From: Canicola haemoglobinophilus
Lineage (GTDB): Bacteria; Pseudomonadota; Gammaproteobacteria; Enterobacterales; Pasteurellaceae
Assembly: GCF_002015075.1 (NCBI RefSeq)
Contig: NZ_MUXZ01000051.1
Span: 1 to 32,000 of the forward strand
Direction: 5' to 3'
Length of the DNA: 32,000 nt
The notes below the pieces were generated by a model. The model searched no databases. It worked only from the letters and a program-made list of their open reading frames with translations, and had not been told where the DNA came from. Made by a program: the position numbers and the translations under genes. Shown piece after piece: positions 28,002 through 32,000 of this stretch. Position 1 is the stretch's first letter; each line of letters opens with the position of its first letter.

Positions 28002-29462
28002 TTATCTTTCAGCTTCTTTCGATATTTTATTCTTTTCTTTAGAAATTTCTCTTTCTTCACTCCGATGTTTCTTAATTGCACCAATAACTGATTCCTTTTT
28101 CTTTTCAGTTTTATTCCTACCTAGATACTCATTCATATTAACTTTAAGATGTTCCAATCCCTTATGCTGTGCTGCTAATGAATTATGTTTCTTGATTATC
28201 TCCTCTTGTTTAGCTTGTATTTCTTTAGAATACTCATTTAATTTCTTGAAAAGATTTTTACTTGATTTTGTCTTTAACTCTCCTACTACAACATGTCTCA
28301 AGTGCGGGAATTGCTTAAGAAAAATATCTATTTCCTCATAAGACTTCTGATAGGCTTCTACATCTTTTCGATTCATCATCATATAAATTTTATCGTTCGG
28401 ATTTTTGTGATAACCCTCATAATGCTCTCTTTTACTTATACATATTTGAATATGTTTTACTACTTCCTTTATCCTTTTTTGCTCCAATAACAGCTTATCA
28501 AATTCTCGCTTCAAGTCCTTCTTTGCAATGGAAATTCGGCTGATACCACGTTCTAATTCTTCCATTGAATTAAATCCTTTATTCCTGATTTCAACAAGCG
28601 TAGAAGCAGCCGTTTTAAGATTATGTTTTGTTGCCCAATTTTCATATCCTTTGCTTGACTTTGCTTTTTCGCTGTTCTTAATATCAATGATATTTCCAAG
28701 TTCTTTATCTTTATTCAGGATTCTGTTCTTAATTCGTTCTTCATTGTAGTTAGCTCCAATGGTCTTTGCTCTGGTAAATCTCTGCTGATTTTTACCTCTA
28801 AAAGCTATATGCTTTCCATATTTTATTTCATAACCGTAGCTTTCCATTTTAGATAAAAAGTCCTGCCAGTTAATTGACTGCTTTATAGTTCTATCTATAT
28901 CAAACTGAAGTTTTGACTTATAGCTGCTTCCTTTTTTATCTTCATTCCAGTCATACCAATTCACAAACTTTCTTCTCTTGATTTCATTGATTTCCTTTTG
29001 CGTTTCAACATCTATTACCGATAAATTATGTCCCTTGCAAAGTCTATCGCTTTGATTTCTGATGTTCATATAAGAACCATAGTAGGAATGGTAAACTTTG
29101 CCCTCATCAACATCAATGGAATTAAAAATGATATGATTATGAATATGGTCTTTGTCGATATGCGTTGCTAAGACATATTCATATTTTCCCTCTAAAATCT
29201 TTTCGCAGAGTTCGATTCCCACTTGATGAGCTTCTTCAAAACTGACTTCTTCCGGCACAAAGGATTGAATTAAATGATGAGCTAAAGTTTTGGTTCTTGA
29301 GTTAAACTGTTTCTTGGTAAGCTCAAATTCTTTGTGAGTATTTTCTCTGCTACAAAGATATGTGGTAACATAGATTTCATCATCGGTTTTATCTCCGTTA
29401 CAGATGTAATCTATCGCCTTTTTAAGCGTTGTTTTAATCGGATGTATCTTCGTAACAGCCAT
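28002..29462 (-). CDS. Relaxase/mobilisation nuclease (MOBP-like, Relaxase PF03432 type)
   Basis: N-terminal MAVTKIHPIK..., HLIQSF, a three-His motif HIDKDHIHNHIIFNS (compare RP4 TraI HxDxDxxHxH), and a long K/E-rich coiled-coil C-terminus. The start overlaps the MobC stop. Confidence 0.9.
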   Translation of the reverse strand: MAVTKIHPIKTTLKKAIDYICNGDKTDDEIYVTTYLCSRENTHKEFELTKKQFNSRTKTLAHHLIQSFVPEEVSFEEAHQVGIELCEKILEGKYEYVLATHIDKDHIHNHIIFNSIDVDEGKVYHSYYGSYMNIRNQSDRLCKGHNLSVIDVETQKEINEIKRRKFVNWYDWNEDKKGSSYKSKLQFDIDRTIKQSINWQDFLSKMESYGYEIKYGKHIAFRGKNQQRFTRAKTIGANYNEERIKNRILNKDKELGNIIDIKNSEKAKSSKGYENWATKHNLKTAASTLVEIRNKGFNSMEELERGISRISIAKKDLKREFDKLLLEQKRIKEVVKHIQICISKREHYEGYHKNPNDKIYMMMNRKDVEAYQKSYEEIDIFLKQFPHLRHVVVGELKTKSSKNLFKKLNEYSKEIQAKQEEIIKKHNSLAAQHKGLEHLKVNMNEYLGRNKTEKKKESVIGAIKKHRSEEREISKEKNKISKEAER

Positions 29463-29842
29463 TATCCTACAACCTCATTGATAATATAGTCGGAAATTTT
29501 TTCTCTAAATTCTGATAAGAAAAGAAGTTCACCTTGCAAAGCTTTTTTGATGCTTTCAATATCATCTTTGTAAATAATCCCTGAGCTGTTTACCGCTTTT
29601 GCTATATGATTTAAGTTCGCCGAATTACGACTGATAAGGGTAGAAAGCTCTCTCAGTTCTTTTCGAAACTCACCGGATAAATCAATACTAATGATTCTAT
29701 TTTTAAAAATACTGTCTCGGTAAAACTCTCTCTTGCTCTTAAAATTGGTCAATGCAAATCTTCGGTTAAGCTCATTTATATCTTCTTCATTCACCATAAA
29801 GTGAACGGTACAATTATTTTTACGATTAACTGTCTTTGACAT
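29462..29842 (-). CDS. MobC-family relaxosome accessory protein
   Basis: 126 aa with NLNHIAKAVNSSG, the MobC-type N(L/I)NQIA motif. It lies directly upstream of, and overlaps, the relaxase gene. SD AAGGAGAG. Confidence 0.8.
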   Translation of the reverse strand: MSKTVNRKNNCTVHFMVNEEDINELNRRFALTNFKSKREFYRDSIFKNRIISIDLSGEFRKELRELSTLISRNSANLNHIAKAVNSSGIIYKDDIESIKKALQGELLFLSEFREKISDYIINEVVG

Positions 29843-29956
29843 TTTTCATCTCTCCTTTCTTTTTCGGGGTCTTAGGGTTCCTATCTACCTATAATTCATG
29901 ATTTTTATAAATCCATCTTTAACTTGCACAGAAAAAATGGATGTAGATTCTTCAAT

Positions 29957-30033
29957 TACCGTTTGCACCGTTCATACCGCACGACATTCCCTTACACATG
30001 AAACATCAAACGGTACGAACGGTTTGAACGGCA
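29957..30033. repeat. Two converging arrays of 9-bp ACCGTT-core repeats (candidate oriT or iteron region)
   Basis: Left array: taccgtttg / caccgttca / taccgcacg (29957-29983). Right array: caaacggta / cgaacggtt / tgaacggca (30007-30033). 29957-29965 is the exact reverse complement of 30007-30015. The spacer is 23 bp. The repeats sit in the intergenic region upstream of mobC-relaxase. Confidence 0.5.
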
Positions 30034-30035
30034 TT

Positions 30036-30998
30036 TTAATAAATCACATCCTCTGAATTATATTTAACTTGATAGTTATTGTTGTTTTTCCCTCGCTTCA
30101 TGGAAATGCTTATTCCATTTTTCCTGAGAATATCTTTATTACGATTTAATGTCTTTCCAAACTGCTGAGGGCTTTCAATTTCTAAATTGATTTTGGAACA
30201 AATATCTACGATTGTTCCCTCTATTTCTTTTAATCTCGGCATTACTTGTACAAGTCTTTGAATTGACGGTTCAAGCATTTCAATCGGATCAATTTTATCA
30301 AGCTCTAATATCTTCTTTGACGGATGGATTTTAACCTGATATACCTTTGACTCAAAAAGTCTACTGGTTACATCTAAGTTAAATTCTGTATCAAATTCTG
30401 ACGCTTTATCAATAGCTATTATGGTGTCAACTGAACCGGATAATGCCTGTGAACCTATGACTTTTTCGCTTACACTTTTCACTGACGAGTCCTTTTTTGT
30501 ATGGTACATCATAATAAATGTGCATCCATACTTATCTATCAAATCGTAGTATTTTGCCATCACTTCATAGGTGTCATTGTAGTCATTAGCATTATACTTT
30601 CTGTCGTATTTGATTTTAGAAAAGGTGTCTACAATAAATACTTCATAACCTAAATCTGTATCTGCTTTAACAATTCTTTCAAAGTCATCAAAATCCACAT
30701 AACTTGTTCCCTCATAAAATTTCATAGTACTTGAACAAGGAAGCTCCAATCTTTTAATTCTTTCTTGAATTAGCCTTCCGGATAGTTCATTGCAATAGTA
30801 AACAACCTTTGTTTTATTAACTTTATTTTCAAGAAAATCAATTCCTTCGTTGATACATATACCAAGATTTAGTCCTAATGCTGTCTTACCTTTTTTAGGT
30901 GAGGCTACTATCAAAGTAATACTTTTTCTTGCAATGATGTTGTCCACAATATACTTATCAGAGGCATCAAACTCAGTATCTATCGTATATGCTTTCAA
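30036..30998 (-). CDS. RecA-fold AAA ATPase (RepA/DnaB-like, AAA_25 type) of a replication module
   Basis: Walker A ASPKKGKT and Walker B VFIVDTF. There is a 4-nt overlap (ATGA) with the upstream prim-pol gene. Confidence 0.7.
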   Translation of the reverse strand: MKAYTIDTEFDASDKYIVDNIIARKSITLIVASPKKGKTALGLNLGICINEGIDFLENKVNKTKVVYYCNELSGRLIQERIKRLELPCSSTMKFYEGTSYVDFDDFERIVKADTDLGYEVFIVDTFSKIKYDRKYNANDYNDTYEVMAKYYDLIDKYGCTFIMMYHTKKDSSVKSVSEKVIGSQALSGSVDTIIAIDKASEFDTEFNLDVTSRLFESKVYQVKIHPSKKILELDKIDPIEMLEPSIQRLVQVMPRLKEIEGTIVDICSKINLEIESPQQFGKTLNRNKDILRKNGISISMKRGKNNNNYQVKYNSEDVIY

Positions 30999-31918
30999 CG
31001 AACTACCTCCCTTGTTTTTCTATGATAGTTATAATCCCAATAATTCGTTCCGCCGACTTCCTGTGCCTTTTGAATGCTCTGGTTTAAGTATTTAATATAT
31101 GCTGCCTCAGTTCTTCTCTTACTCATATCACCCATTCGATTTAGGGCTGATTTTAAGAATATCTCAAGCATTAAATCTGCATTGCCATGTGTAAAGCTGT
31201 TTAGAATAAGAAGCAATTGAAAATCGTCTTTGCTTGAATCACCTGTGGAATATTTACCTCTAAAAAGCTCTCTGCCTTTGCGATTAGTCATATAAATTGC
31301 CTTTAAAATTCCTTCTATATCCGGAACATCACTATCTATGCTTTTATAGTATTCAATTTGCTCTTTAATCGTTTCTTTAAGGGCATACTTTTTATAGTAG
31401 ATATTTAACTTATAGTAATTATCCTGTATTTCTTTACAATCTCCTATGACATTACCCGTCATGGCAATGCACTTATTTGACTTATACATTTCAAAGCGGT
31501 CTATTTGATTATTTACATTCTTTGGAATTGACCCCTTTGCAAAGATATGCAATCCATTTTCCGATATAGATGTTTCCTTATAAGTTTCTGCAAAATCACT
31601 CACGATGTCGTTCACGTTTTCAAAATTTTCTTTTACATTGTCTAAATCAATGCAGACATAAGGATCATCTTCAGTTAAAACAAACGATAGTCCATCACAA
31701 CCACTTTTTTCTAAGCCTTCTAAAGCAGTTTCAAAATCTGTCCAGTTCTCTTTTATATTCCATTCATTTGATTCACAAGTGATTGGACTGATTGGAATTT
31801 TTACAGTTTTTATATTCCCATTTTTGTCTTTGTTATGATAAATCTTAAACCATAACCATTGTTTACATTCTTTTAACTCCTGCGGAATATTGTTAATATA
31901 TTTTCCTTTGTTTATCAT
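30995..31918 (-). CDS. Bifunctional DNA primase/polymerase (AEP prim-pol) with a PriCT-like C-terminal region
   Basis: AEP motifs: WLWFKI...KIP N-terminus, DxD (YVCIDLDN) and sGxGxH (SENGLHIFAKG). SD GGAGGT. Confidence 0.8.
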   Translation of the reverse strand: MINKGKYINNIPQELKECKQWLWFKIYHNKDKNGNIKTVKIPISPITCESNEWNIKENWTDFETALEGLEKSGCDGLSFVLTEDDPYVCIDLDNVKENFENVNDIVSDFAETYKETSISENGLHIFAKGSIPKNVNNQIDRFEMYKSNKCIAMTGNVIGDCKEIQDNYYKLNIYYKKYALKETIKEQIEYYKSIDSDVPDIEGILKAIYMTNRKGRELFRGKYSTGDSSKDDFQLLLILNSFTHGNADLMLEIFLKSALNRMGDMSKRRTEAAYIKYLNQSIQKAQEVGGTNYWDYNYHRKTREVVR

Positions 31919-31953
31919 TTTTTACCTCCATATTTTTGTTGATGATAGAAGTA

Positions 31954-31997
31954 CAACCTGATAAAATCTTTTTAAGAGTTGCAATCTTATCAGGTTG
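31954..31997. repeat. 11-bp perfect inverted repeat upstream of the prim-pol gene
   Basis: caacctgataa (31954-31964) / ttatcaggttg (31987-31997) with a 22-nt loop. It could be an operator or the terminator of a gene lying beyond the window. Confidence 0.3.
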
Positions 31998-32000
31998 CTT

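Larger units (their letters stand above)
20986..32000 (-). mobile_element. Partial integrative mobilisable/conjugative element (left end only; continues past the window)
   Basis: Abrupt compositional drop. Spot-counted 60-nt lines give about 27-32% GC here and about 47% in two coding lines of the core. No exact USS, against 19 in the preceding 20.9 kb. All 10 genes are on the minus strand. GGAGG-type SDs precede most genes. Relaxase, MobC, prim-pol and ATPase genes are present. The left boundary is only bracketed to 20915-21223, and no integrase is visible in the window. Confidence 0.7.

Noticed and set aside
28293-28749. Plus-strand ORFs 28293-28490 and 28528-28749
   Set aside because: They are antisense to the relaxase gene.
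29880-29889. cctatctacc, a partial resemblance to the RP4-type nic motif (YATCCTG/Y)
   Set aside because: Only a partial match. The orientation and distance from the repeats are uninformative, so it is too weak to call a nic site.
30850-31782. Plus-strand ORFs 30850-31095 and 31570-31782
   Set aside because: They are antisense to the ATPase and prim-pol genes.
1-32000. Search for CRISPR arrays, tRNA/rRNA genes, IS elements with terminal inverted repeats, and an integrase
   Set aside because: I found no regularly spaced direct repeats, no cloverleaf-compatible or rRNA-like segments, and no transposase or recombinase ORF. The element's integrase is presumably beyond position 32000.

Overview
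The first ~21 kb is Haemophilus-type Pasteurellaceae core chromosome. It carries ftsN-priA-mazG, uspA, alaS, csrA, manB-like, galU, dam-aroB-aroK, a comA-comE (hofMNOPQ-like) competence operon, mrcA, rlmJ and gor. I count 19 exact Hin-type uptake signal sequences (AAGTGCGGT / ACCGCACTT) in this part, and some of them form terminator stems. From about 21.0-21.2 kb to the window end the sequence changes abruptly. It becomes much more AT-rich, has no exact USS, has every gene on the minus strand, and uses strong GGAGG-type ribosome-binding sites. I read this as one end of a horizontally acquired integrative mobilisable or conjugative element of Firmicutes/Fusobacteria-like character. The element has two modules. 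The first is a replication/mobilisation module: prim-pol, a RecA-fold ATPase, 9-bp repeat arrays (candidate oriT), MobC and a MOBP-type relaxase. The second is a tightly packed six-gene defence operon: HTH regulator, M.HaeIII-like C5-MTase, HaeIII-like REase, a GHKL (MORC-like) ATPase fused to a Shedu/DUF4263-like PD-(D/E)xK nuclease, a second C5-MTase, and an SRA-like/Mrr-type nuclease. The last three genes (21224-25652) are my best candidate for an uncharacterised system. Secondary observations are an apparent comD-comE in-frame fusion with no separate PilP-like gene, a candidate CRP-S site for the com operon, and GGCC depletion. All family calls rest on motifs I recognised by eye and on remembered sequences. 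No database search was possible.
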